This document shows, piece after piece, positions 9,808 through 18,701 of a stretch of 64,000 nt of DNA. Origin of the DNA: Myxococcota bacterium (GTDB lineage Bacteria; Myxococcota_A; SURF-8); contig OZ223209.1 of assembly GCA_965140415.1 (NCBI GenBank), positions 800,001 through 864,000 on the forward strand. The letters are read 5' to 3'. Made by a program: the position numbers and the translations under genes. The stretch's first letter is position 1. Every line of letters starts with the position of its first letter. Below the pieces are notes generated by a model. It was not told where the DNA came from. It saw nothing but the letters and a program-made list of their open reading frames with translations, and made no database searches.

Positions 9808-10677
9808 ATGAAGGTACTGGTGCTTGGCGCAAGCGGCATGCTTGGCCATCGACTCTACCAGCGTTTGATGGAAACGCCGCAACTGCAAGGCTACGGCAGC
9901 CTGCGGACGTCGCCGGAAACGATTCCATTTCGGGAACCGTTCGACCGATCCGGTCTGCATTTTCCGGTGGATGCCGAACAGCCGGAAAGCGTCCGTTCGC
10001 TACTTCAGCTTCTGCGCCCGGATGTGGTTGTCAATGCCATCGGTGTGGTTAAAAGCTTGAATCAAGCCAATCCTGCTCGAATGATTGCCATTAACGCACT
10101 TTTCCCGCATCAGCTTCATGCGTATTGCCAGGACATTGACGCGCGGCTGATCCACATCAGCACCGATTGCGTTTTTTCCGGCGAGAAGGGCATGTACAGC
10201 GAGCAGGATCGCTGCGACGCCTACGATGTCTATGGATTGTCCAAGCATCTAGGCGAAGTGACAGGAGAAAACTCCCTGACCTTGCGGACTTCGATGATCG
10301 GTTCCGAGTTGGGCCGGGCACATGGATTGTTGGAGTGGTTTCTCGGGCAACGCGGAGAACGCATCGACGGCTATACGAAAGCCGTTTTCAGCGGTTTCAC
10401 AACCCAGCGTTTGGCGGAGATTATTCTATGGGTTGTCACAGAGCACCCGAAACTTTCCGGCCTCTATCACGTTTCCGCTCCGCCGATCGATAAATACGAC
10501 CTGCTCACGCGCATTCGCGATGCACTATCTCTGGATATCGATATCAAACCAAGCGAAAAGCTGGTAATCGACCGCAGCCTGGACTGTCAGGCTTTTACTG
10601 CACAAACGGGCTTTCAACAACCGAATTGGGATGACATGATCGCGGAGCTTGCCGCCGATCTTAAGCCGACCCTGTAA
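9808..10677 (+). CDS. RmlD-like SDR reductase (NDP-4-keto-6-deoxysugar reductase)
   Basis: GASGMLG, HISTDCVFSG, YGLSK, LRTSMIG; start taken at MKVLVLG. Confidence 0.88.
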   Translation: MKVLVLGASGMLGHRLYQRLMETPQLQGYGSLRTSPETIPFREPFDRSGLHFPVDAEQPESVRSLLQLLRPDVVVNAIGVVKSLNQANPARMIAINALFPHQLHAYCQDIDARLIHISTDCVFSGEKGMYSEQDRCDAYDVYGLSKHLGEVTGENSLTLRTSMIGSELGRAHGLLEWFLGQRGERIDGYTKAVFSGFTTQRLAEIILWVVTEHPKLSGLYHVSAPPIDKYDLLTRIRDALSLDIDIKPSEKLVIDRSLDCQAFTAQTGFQQPNWDDMIAELAADLKPTL

Positions 10678-10688
10678 GGAGAATCTAT

Positions 10689-11714
10689 ATGCTCAAAGAT
10701 AAAACCGTTCTGATCACCGGTGGGGCCGGGTCTCTGGGAAAGGCGCTGGTTCGTCGCATCCTGCAAGGCGATCTATCCATGCCCAAGAAGATCATCATTT
10801 TCTCGCGAGACGAAGCGAAGCATCACAACATGAAGGTGCAATGGAAACAATTGTCGGTTGCGACCGATGAAGTGTTCTACGGCAATTTCCAGGAGATGCT
10901 CGATTTTCGGATCGGCGACATTCGCGACTATGACAGCGTGGTACGCAGCATCCGCGAGGCGGACGTCATTCTGAATGCCGCAGCGTTGAAACAGGTGCCC
11001 GTCTGCGAATATTTCCCTTATGAAGGCGTGCGTACCAACATCCTCGGTGCACAGAATATCGTGCGCGCCATCCGAGAAAACGCGCAGAATGTGGAACTGG
11101 TGGTGGATATCAGCACAGACAAAGCCTGTAAGCCCATCAATACCTACGGCATGACCAAAGCGATTCAGGAGCGCATTTTCCTGGAAGGTAATCACAGTTG
11201 TGAAAACACGCGCTTTGTGTGCGTACGCTATGGAAACGTCATGGCCAGCACCGGCAGCGTGATTCCGCTGTTCCAAAGCCAGATTCGCGGCGGTGGACCG
11301 GTCACGATCACCACCGAGGATATGACGCGCTTCATGATGAGTTTGGATACGGCGGTGGATACCATCTTCGAAGTGATGCGCTCCGGTAAGCCGGGCGACA
11401 CTTACATTCCCCAGGTGCCCAGTGCCAAGATGACCGATTTGGCGGCGGTCATGATCGGAGATCGCGACATCAAAACGGATATCATCGGTATTCGCCCTGG
11501 CGAGAAGGTGCATGAAATTTTAATTTCGGAAGAGGAAATTCACCGCACGACCGAACGAAACGGCTATTACGTAATCGAGTCGATTCTGCCGGAACTGCGC
11601 AAAGGTGAGTCCGAGCGCACCAAACTGGCCGCTGAACTGTCTTCGAAGGATTTCGTGGTCGAGCGCGGAGAGTTGGCCGAGTTGATGAAGCGGGAAGGGC
11701 ATCTCGACTTTTAA
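10689..11714 (+). CDS. UDP-GlcNAc 4,6-dehydratase/5-epimerase (FnlA/CapE-like)
   Basis: TGGAGSLG, FSRDEAK, AAALKQVP.CE, STDKA, YGMTK, RYGNVMAS.GSVIP, GIRPGEK.HE. Confidence 0.9.
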   Translation: MLKDKTVLITGGAGSLGKALVRRILQGDLSMPKKIIIFSRDEAKHHNMKVQWKQLSVATDEVFYGNFQEMLDFRIGDIRDYDSVVRSIREADVILNAAALKQVPVCEYFPYEGVRTNILGAQNIVRAIRENAQNVELVVDISTDKACKPINTYGMTKAIQERIFLEGNHSCENTRFVCVRYGNVMASTGSVIPLFQSQIRGGGPVTITTEDMTRFMMSLDTAVDTIFEVMRSGKPGDTYIPQVPSAKMTDLAAVMIGDRDIKTDIIGIRPGEKVHEILISEEEIHRTTERNGYYVIESILPELRKGESERTKLAAELSSKDFVVERGELAELMKREGHLDF

Positions 11715-11752
11715 GCCGTCGCCGTATGACCCCAATGCAATGGAGTGCGTCT

Positions 11753-12847
11753 ATGAAAGTAATGACGATTCTGGGCACACGCCCTGAAATTATCCGGTTG
11801 AGCCTGATCATTGCCAAGCTGGATCGATATTGCGAGCACCTGCTCGTTCACACCGGGCAGAATTTCGATTACCGCTTGAACGAGCTGTTCTTCCAGCAAC
11901 TCGGTGTGCGCGAGCCGGATATCTATATGGGAATCAAGGCGGATTCCTTCGGCGAGCAGATCGGTGGCATTCTGGCCGCCAGCGAAAAAATCATGCGCGA
12001 GCATCGTCCCGACAGGTTGTTGATTCTGGGTGACACCAATAGCGGATTGACTGCCATGATCGCCAAGCGGCTCGGCATTCCGGTTTACCATATGGAAGCG
12101 GGAAATCGCTGCAACGACAACCGGGTGCCGGAGGAAGTCAACCGGCGCATCATCGATCACAGTTCCGACATTTTGATGCCCTACACTCAGAACAGCAAAA
12201 CCAACCTGTTGCAGGAAGGTTTCCCGCCGCATCGGATTTACGTGAGCGGCAACCCGATTTACGAAGTGATCCGACATTATGAGGATCAGATTCAGGCCTC
12301 GACCGTACTTGACGAGTTGGGTTTAACCAGCAACAAGTATTTCCTGGTTACCATGCATCGCGCCGAGAATGTGGACAAGCAAGATCGCCTGCTGGCGTTT
12401 TTGGAAGCCTTTGACCGCTTGCAAAAAGACACCGGCATGCCCTTTGTCATCAGTACGCATCCGCGTACCCGTTCAAGTATGAAAGGCTTCGGTGTAGCCG
12501 CTCGGAATCCGGAATTACGCTTCTTGGAGCCGTTCGGATTTTTCGATTTCGTGTCCTTGGAAAAGAACGCTCACTGCGTGTTGTCCGACAGCGGCACGGT
12601 GCAGGAGGAATGCTCAATCTTCAATGTGCCTTCCGTTACCATTCGCGACGTCACGGAGCGCCCCGAAACACTGGAAGTCGGCAGCAACGTGCTTTCCGGC
12701 GCGGAGCCGGATCGTATTGTGGATCTGGTGCGCATGGTGCTTGAAGAAGGCGCCGAGTGGAGCGCCCCTGCCGAATACATGCAGACCGATGTCAGTAAAG
12801 CCGTTGTCAAACTGGTTTTGGGATACCGCTTGAAGCAGCAGGTATAG
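11753..12847 (+). CDS. Non-hydrolysing UDP-HexNAc 2-epimerase (WecB family, FnlC-like)
   Basis: GTRPEIIRLS, HTGQNFD, LGDTNS, HMEAGNR, PEEVNR, HRAENVD, SDSGTVQEE, ERPE. Confidence 0.9.
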   Translation: MKVMTILGTRPEIIRLSLIIAKLDRYCEHLLVHTGQNFDYRLNELFFQQLGVREPDIYMGIKADSFGEQIGGILAASEKIMREHRPDRLLILGDTNSGLTAMIAKRLGIPVYHMEAGNRCNDNRVPEEVNRRIIDHSSDILMPYTQNSKTNLLQEGFPPHRIYVSGNPIYEVIRHYEDQIQASTVLDELGLTSNKYFLVTMHRAENVDKQDRLLAFLEAFDRLQKDTGMPFVISTHPRTRSSMKGFGVAARNPELRFLEPFGFFDFVSLEKNAHCVLSDSGTVQEECSIFNVPSVTIRDVTERPETLEVGSNVLSGAEPDRIVDLVRMVLEEGAEWSAPAEYMQTDVSKAVVKLVLGYRLKQQV

Positions 12848-13030
12848 AGCGGTTCTTAATCATTTTCAGCCACGAATCTGAAGAATGTGTGCCGTTGGCT
12901 TACGCGATCGAAGATCGTGGAAGGCTGTGTGTTTTCAATAAGTTAGACACGACATCCCGGAATCTCCATTCCGTGAGACCATGCCACATCGTGATTACTC
13001 GATGGTCAGAAATGAGTAATACCTACTCTA
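12845..13030 (+). mobile_element. MITE family A, copy 1 (186 bp, TA-bounded, IS630-like ends)
   Basis: Imperfect TIRs TAGAGCGGTTCTTAATCATTT / AAATGAGTAATACCTACTCTA; internal long palindrome; further copies at 50688, 50983, 51249 and 53272. Confidence 0.85.
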
Positions 13031-13076
13031 GCGCTGTTTCCGTTCAGCAAAAGCGCTTGATTACGACTCCGCTTTA

Positions 13077-13240
13077 GGCTGCCTCTAAAAATAGCTATTC
13101 GTCGCGAGAACGCATCCTTTGCGAGACCGGGCGTTTTTCGCAATCCGCAGGCATATCCTGTAGATACGTCGAGGATTGAGAGAAACGATCCGGGCCGAAA
13201 AGTGGCGTTCGTAGCAGAATATGGATTTTTAGAGGTAGCC
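13077..13240. mobile_element. MITE family B (164 bp) with 16-bp TIRs and a TTTA direct repeat
   Basis: GGCTGCCTCTAAAAAT ... ATTTTTAGAGGTAGCC, flanked on both sides by TTTA; internal palindrome cgtttttcgcaatcc / ggattgagagaaacg. Confidence 0.75.
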
Positions 13241-14461
13241 TTTAATCAAATCTCCCGGTTGTAGCCCCAGCAGTTTCTCGAAGCGACTGCGGAAGACATC
13301 CTCGTTGATTTCTTCCTCCAGAGCTTGCTTGCCACCTTTAATTGCGTTTGTACGCATCTGCGGGTCAGCAGCCAGCGGTGTCAGATCTTCGATAATTTTT
13401 TCCGGTTCCAACGAGTGGCAACGCACGCCGATGGGGAAACGTTTGAAAAAGCGTGTAGGAGAGGAATCTTCCGGACCGTGGAAAATTACCGGTTGCCGTG
13501 CCGCCAGATACGTCGCCAGCTTATTCGGGAAACAGTAGCGCACCGATTCCACGAATTCCTTTTCGAACCAGTAAGGAAGATAGCAGGCATCGCAGTCGTT
13601 CAATTCGTGCAGCACCTTGGGGAAGGGGTGGAATCCGATATATTCCATGTTCACTTCCCGCTGGGTATGCCACCGGAGATTCGCGCTGGCGATGCGAATG
13701 ACCACCTTGCGCCCGGCCAGCGTCCAGTTGCAGCGGTGCATGGCTTCCATCAACGCCGCCCAGGTGTTGTCTGCATAGATGCTGCCTGCAAAGCCGATGC
13801 GAAACACCGTGGGGTCTGTTGATGTTTCACGAGGTTGCAACCATTGATCGCGGTGTGGGCCGTGAATCTGTACGAAAGGCGTGATGCCGTATTTTTCGCG
13901 GTAGCTGTCTGCCATGTTTTCGGAGGCGACGCCATGCCGAATGGCCATACGCATGTTTTTGTCGAATTCACTTAACAGGTTTTGCAGGGTCACTTTGGCC
14001 TGACTCTGCCAGACGCCGAAGGTTTCCGGCGGATCCCAGACCGTGACCACCATGGGAATGTTCAAAAGCTTCGCAACGCGATAGGCAGTGTAGATTACCA
14101 GGGGGCTGTCCAATACCGCCCATAACAGGTTAACGCCGTGTTTTTTACCGAAAGCCGCTCCCTTGTGAGCCAAGTAAGGCGCATACACTTCACGCTGGGA
14201 AGTGTGCAAGGAATAGGAGGTCGCTGCGGATACCGTCGGTCCGAAGCGCAGAACGCTGTTCACGCGCATGCGTGGCTGTTTCAGAAGCGGAAAACCCATC
14301 CACTCATCGGGACTGTCTTTGGCCGCCGCCCATTCCGCCGGAAAGACATAGCGGGCAAGATGTCCGGGCGGCAGGTACTGGCAGAGTTCCTTTAAAAACA
14401 GTTCACCGACGCAATAGTTCCAGAAGGAGCCTCCCATCAACAGGATACGTGGAATTTCCAT
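13229..14461 (-). CDS. Putative GT-B glycosyltransferase (GT4-like)
   Basis: FRIGFAGSIY, CDACYLPY, FPNKLATYLAARQPVIF; adjacent to the sugar-nucleotide genes. Confidence 0.7.
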   Translation of the reverse strand: MEIPRILLMGGSFWNYCVGELFLKELCQYLPPGHLARYVFPAEWAAAKDSPDEWMGFPLLKQPRMRVNSVLRFGPTVSAATSYSLHTSQREVYAPYLAHKGAAFGKKHGVNLLWAVLDSPLVIYTAYRVAKLLNIPMVVTVWDPPETFGVWQSQAKVTLQNLLSEFDKNMRMAIRHGVASENMADSYREKYGITPFVQIHGPHRDQWLQPRETSTDPTVFRIGFAGSIYADNTWAALMEAMHRCNWTLAGRKVVIRIASANLRWHTQREVNMEYIGFHPFPKVLHELNDCDACYLPYWFEKEFVESVRYCFPNKLATYLAARQPVIFHGPEDSSPTRFFKRFPIGVRCHSLEPEKIIEDLTPLAADPQMRTNAIKGGKQALEEEINEDVFRSRFEKLLGLQPGDLIKGYL

Positions 14462-14599
14462 AAAACCGTCTTTCGCTACAGGTTGACATGGCTGCCGGGA
14501 TTATAGCGGAAACAAGACGGTTTCGCCAGAAAGTGGATCAACGGATCTGGACGTACTCACGATCTCCTGTCGCTTCTGATTCTCGATGGTGTCAATTTG

Positions 14600-16108
14600 C
14601 TAAAACACGGCTCGTGGACTGATGCCGTCGCGTTTCATCATCAACTCGGCGGAGATGCGCCCCGATTCAATGATGGTCGGCATGCCGCTGCCGGGATGGG
14701 TGCCGCCACCGACCAGGAAGCAGTTGTCGAATTCCTCGAAGCGGTTGTGAGGTCGCCAGATCAGCATCTGCCCGATATTATGCGCCAGGTTGAAGGTCGC
14801 GCCGTTATATACCAGTTTCTGCGCCTGCCAGTCATCGGGAGTGATCATCTGCTCGGCTTCGATATGATCGCGCAAATCTTCCAGTCCACCGCGCGTGGTG
14901 GCGATATCCAGCACTTTTTCCCGGAACGCCCCGGCTTCCTTGCTCCAGTCGATCGAACCGGTGGTATTGGCGACAGGCACCAGGATGTAGATCGTGCTTT
15001 TGCCTTCCGGCGCCAGGGTGGGATCGGTGATGCTGGCGTTCTGGATGTAAATCGAGGGCTCCTCCGACAGCGTTTTCAACACCGCGATTTCATCGACGTT
15101 CTTTTTGTAGTCGTTGCTGAAAAGAATGTTGTGGTGCGGAATGTCGTAGACTTTGTCCACACCCAGATAGAGCATGAAGGTCGAGCAGGAATACTTTTTC
15201 TTTTCCAAGGTTTCAGGCGTCCACTTGTTCAGGTGTTTGCGGTCGACCAGGTGCGTCATGGCGTGGGCGAAATCGGCGTTTAGAACCACATCGTCCGCCA
15301 GCACGGTTTCACCGTTTTCCAGCAGCACTCCGGTGGCACGTCCGTTTTCCACCAGCACCTCTTTTACCCCCGTATCCAGGTGGATCTTGCCGCCGTATTC
15401 CTCTACGACTTTCGCCATGGCTTTGGGAATCTGATTGAGTCCGCCGATCGGATGGTAGATGCCCAGACCGTGCTCCAGATACGAAATGATGCTAAAGGTC
15501 GCCGGGCATTCCCAGGGCGACATGCCCAGGTATTTGGCCTGGAAGGTGAACGCGATTTTCAGATCGTCGCTATTGAAATAGCGACCCAGGTAGCGGTACA
15601 GATTCGTGTGAACGTCCAGATAATTGGCTGCCTTGGCAATGCGTCCGCTTAGCAGGTCCGTGTACTTTTCATATGGAACCTGCAAACAGGGCACCAGACG
15701 TTCGTATTTGATTTTCTCGTGTTCGAAAAACTTGCGGTAACCGGCTTGGTTGCCGGGAAAGAGGCGCTCGATCTGCGCTTCGGTGCCTTGCCTGTCCTTG
15801 CGAGACGGGAAGAACTCGCGACCATCGCTGTATTGCAGGCGATAGAGCGGATCGATTTCCTTCATGGTCAGATAATCGGCCACATCCCGATCCGACAGCA
15901 TGAACATTTCATCGACGATATGCTTCATCATCAGAAATGTCGGTCCCAGATCGAAGGTAAACTCGCCCAGATGTACCGAGGAGTTGCGCCCGCCAAGATA
16001 CGGTTGCTTTTCATATACGGTTACATCGTATCCATGACTGGCCAGAATCATTGCAGCGGTCAAGCCGCCGGGACCGGTTCCGATGACAATCGTTTTCTTT
16101 GCGCTCAC
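14600..16108 (-). CDS. Phytoene desaturase family protein (CrtI/CrtN-like)
   Basis: VIGTGPGGL FAD motif, FDLGPTF, YLGMSP, SCSTFMLYLG, VGGGTHPGSGMP. Confidence 0.9.
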   Translation of the reverse strand: MSAKKTIVIGTGPGGLTAAMILASHGYDVTVYEKQPYLGGRNSSVHLGEFTFDLGPTFLMMKHIVDEMFMLSDRDVADYLTMKEIDPLYRLQYSDGREFFPSRKDRQGTEAQIERLFPGNQAGYRKFFEHEKIKYERLVPCLQVPYEKYTDLLSGRIAKAANYLDVHTNLYRYLGRYFNSDDLKIAFTFQAKYLGMSPWECPATFSIISYLEHGLGIYHPIGGLNQIPKAMAKVVEEYGGKIHLDTGVKEVLVENGRATGVLLENGETVLADDVVLNADFAHAMTHLVDRKHLNKWTPETLEKKKYSCSTFMLYLGVDKVYDIPHHNILFSNDYKKNVDEIAVLKTLSEEPSIYIQNASITDPTLAPEGKSTIYILVPVANTTGSIDWSKEAGAFREKVLDIATTRGGLEDLRDHIEAEQMITPDDWQAQKLVYNGATFNLAHNIGQMLIWRPHNRFEEFDNCFLVGGGTHPGSGMPTIIESGRISAELMMKRDGISPRAVF

Positions 16109-16143
16109 GCTCGCCTCCTTCTTTATATTCCCCAGTGTTCCCG

Positions 16144-17640
16144 TTATTCGTTCATGTCCTTCAGGATTTTGTCTCGCACCATCTGACCGGAGTAGATCAC
16201 CATCGGCATACCGCTGCCGGGATTGACGCTGCCGCCGACGAAATACAGATTCTTGTAGCGCTCGCTGCGTTTGGGAGCACGGAAGCCGTAATTCTTCTTT
16301 TTATCGGCGATGACTCCGTAAATGGAGCCTTTGTTGCTGTAATACATGCGCTCCAGATCGTCGGGAACGAGCATGTCTTCCACTACGATGTGTTTGCGCA
16401 GATCGTGCAGCCCCATGCGCTCCAGTTTCTGATACAGGCGGACTTTAAGCGCCTCGTAGTCTTCCATTGTAAAGCGCGGTTCTTGCAGATGCGGAATGTG
16501 CGGCAGAATCTTGATGATTTCATGCCCTTCCGGCGCGATCGTTTTATCGGTGCGTGTAGGGGCGACCAGATAGATTGTCGGATCGTTGGGAAGTTGATGC
16601 TTGTGATACACGCTGTCCCAGTGCTTCTTCTGATTTTTGGCAAAGAAGAAATTGTGATGCGCCAACTGGGGATATTCTTTATCGACGCCCAGATGAATCA
16701 CCAGCCCGGAGCAGGAAGGCTCGTATTTCTTTTCGTAGCGCTCCATCATGCGGCCCTTTTCCTGCAACAGCTTTTCATAGGCCGGGATCACTTCCATGTT
16801 GCTCACGATGACATCCGCTTCGCGCGTTTCGCCGTCGCTGCACACCACGCTTTCCACGAGCTTGCCGTTTTTCTTGATTTCCAATACTTCGGTATTCAAG
16901 TGGATGTTCACACCCTGATCCTGTAGCAGGCGATTGAAGCCGCGCGCCAGGTTGTACATGCCGCCGGTGACGTACCACAGGCCGTAGCCGAACTGGGAGT
17001 AGGCCATCAGGTTGTAAATGGCGGGGGCGTCGTAGGCGCTGGAGCCGACGTATTTGATGAAGAAATTGAAGATGTCGCGCAGGTGCTGATGTTTGAAGTG
17101 TCGCGCCACACCCTTGGCCATGGTGGCAAAAGGATCGCTGCGTTTGGCAACTTCAAGTAACGAGTAGCCCCGTATCACTTCGCGCATCGTGTCCGCGCCC
17201 CGGTCGAAGTAGGCTTCCTCGCAGAATTTCCAAAGCTTGCGCGAGTAGTCGAGAAACGAGTAGAAACCGTCGCTGGCTTTGGGACCGAACTTGGCCAGTT
17301 CCTGCTCCATCTTTTTCATGTCCGGAGTCAGATCGACGACCATGCCGTCTTCGAACCAGTTGCGCCAGTGGACGTCCAGTTCTTCGATGGCGACGTAGTC
17401 CTCCATGCGCTTTCCGGCCTGGGTAAAAAGGCGCTCGAAAAGGTAGGGAAGAATCAAAATCGACGGTCCCAGATCGAAGCTGTAGCCATCGCGTTGCTTG
17501 AGATTCAGTTTTCCGCCGATCTGCGCGTTTTTCTCGATCAGATCGACCTGAAAACCTTCACTGACCAGTGAAGAGGCCGCCGAGATGCCGCCCAATCCGG
17601 CTCCGATTACAATTGCCCGTTTTCCCGTTGTTGTGCTCAC
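16144..17640 (-). CDS. Phytoene desaturase family protein (CrtP/CrtNb-like C30 carotenoid oxidase)
   Basis: VIGAGLGG, GGKLN, FDLGPSIL, FIKYVGSS.YDAP, VSNMEVIPAY, GGSVNPG.GMPMV. GTG 17640 follows AGGAGAGG. Confidence 0.85.
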   Translation of the reverse strand: MSTTTGKRAIVIGAGLGGISAASSLVSEGFQVDLIEKNAQIGGKLNLKQRDGYSFDLGPSILILPYLFERLFTQAGKRMEDYVAIEELDVHWRNWFEDGMVVDLTPDMKKMEQELAKFGPKASDGFYSFLDYSRKLWKFCEEAYFDRGADTMREVIRGYSLLEVAKRSDPFATMAKGVARHFKHQHLRDIFNFFIKYVGSSAYDAPAIYNLMAYSQFGYGLWYVTGGMYNLARGFNRLLQDQGVNIHLNTEVLEIKKNGKLVESVVCSDGETREADVIVSNMEVIPAYEKLLQEKGRMMERYEKKYEPSCSGLVIHLGVDKEYPQLAHHNFFFAKNQKKHWDSVYHKHQLPNDPTIYLVAPTRTDKTIAPEGHEIIKILPHIPHLQEPRFTMEDYEALKVRLYQKLERMGLHDLRKHIVVEDMLVPDDLERMYYSNKGSIYGVIADKKKNYGFRAPKRSERYKNLYFVGGSVNPGSGMPMVIYSGQMVRDKILKDMNE

Positions 17641-17881
17641 TGTGTCCTCTCCTTTCCACACCATAACGCCGTCCGGTCCGGTATATAAGTGACGGCCTTG
17701 TGGCATTTCGGGGGCTTACAAGTCATGTCCCAATCGTACTGCAACTGAATAACACTATTATTACCGGAACTGGATGGAGGATCAAGGAAGAAAAGAAAAT
17801 ACAAGTCCGGTCTTGCAATAAGAGTAACAATCCCGGTTGTTTATTCCGCTAAAAGGAGTTTGATGGGAGTGGGGGTGGGGA

Positions 17882-18619
17882 TTAACGTACGCAGCGGGCG
17901 TGAACGGTGTTGTTGTTTGCCGTTGCGTAAAAGATCACCGCGCCAACTTCGAATTGAACACCCCATGCGCGAATGTCCTTGAATGCAAGGACGGAGGACC
18001 AATACCAGCTACAGGAACCCTGCAACTCACTCGGCCAGTAGCAGCCGTTGGCTGGTCCCTGGTGTTCCACACAACTTGTACAGCAAAGGTCCTGACAGGT
18101 GCCTACGCAGTCATCTGTCACACCACAGGGTCCGCCTGCCATGGCTCCTGGGCAGCCACGAATCAGCGAGCGCAGTTCGTCGATGGTCGGGAGTCGCCAC
18201 CCCCCACCGTCCAACGTAAGATCCTGACAGTGTAGTTTTGCATCGTTCCATGTGATGGTTCCACTGGTCGGTTGTTGTTGCCACTCAAGACCGGAATCGG
18301 AATCTGTGCAAATCCCATCGGTGCAAGTAAGAGGATTTGCCACGGGGATGTCGTAATCCCCCATATCGGCGATACAGGTATCACCGTCGGGAAACTCATC
18401 TTCGCCGTCTACGGCAGGATTGTCACTCGTATATTCATCATCACCCGATGGTTCCCCATCGACAGTATCGCCGTCCGTAGTATTTCCTTTGGCGGTATCC
18501 CCATCGGTGAAGTCTCCATCGGTAGTGTCGCCATCAAGCGGATCGTTGCTTTCATTGCAAGCGCAAGGGAGAAGCAGGAAAAATGCCACGAGCGTTAAAA
18601 CGAATAGAGTTTTCTGCAA
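17882..18619 (-). CDS. Lipoprotein with DGD repeats and a DUF1566 (Lcl C-terminal) domain
   Basis: TTG start after GGAGAG, signal peptide ending PCAC, DGDxT repeats, D.DSGLEWQQ, TWNDAKLHC, WRLPTIDELRSL, YWSS, ARCVR. Confidence 0.8.
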   Translation of the reverse strand: MQKTLFVLTLVAFFLLLPCACNESNDPLDGDTTDGDFTDGDTAKGNTTDGDTVDGEPSGDDEYTSDNPAVDGEDEFPDGDTCIADMGDYDIPVANPLTCTDGICTDSDSGLEWQQQPTSGTITWNDAKLHCQDLTLDGGGWRLPTIDELRSLIRGCPGAMAGGPCGVTDDCVGTCQDLCCTSCVEHQGPANGCYWPSELQGSCSWYWSSVLAFKDIRAWGVQFEVGAVIFYATANNNTVHARCVR

Positions 18620-18701
18620 TGTTCTCTCCAACCAGGTAGGTATGCTTACAATGATGTTGCAATACGATTGAACTTCCCCAGAAAAAACCACACCCGAGTA
18701 G

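Noticed and set aside
12889-13077. 62-aa ORF, and its relative at 53138-53329
   Set aside because: Both derive largely from MITE sequence (shared TRWxEMSNTYS); not credible genes
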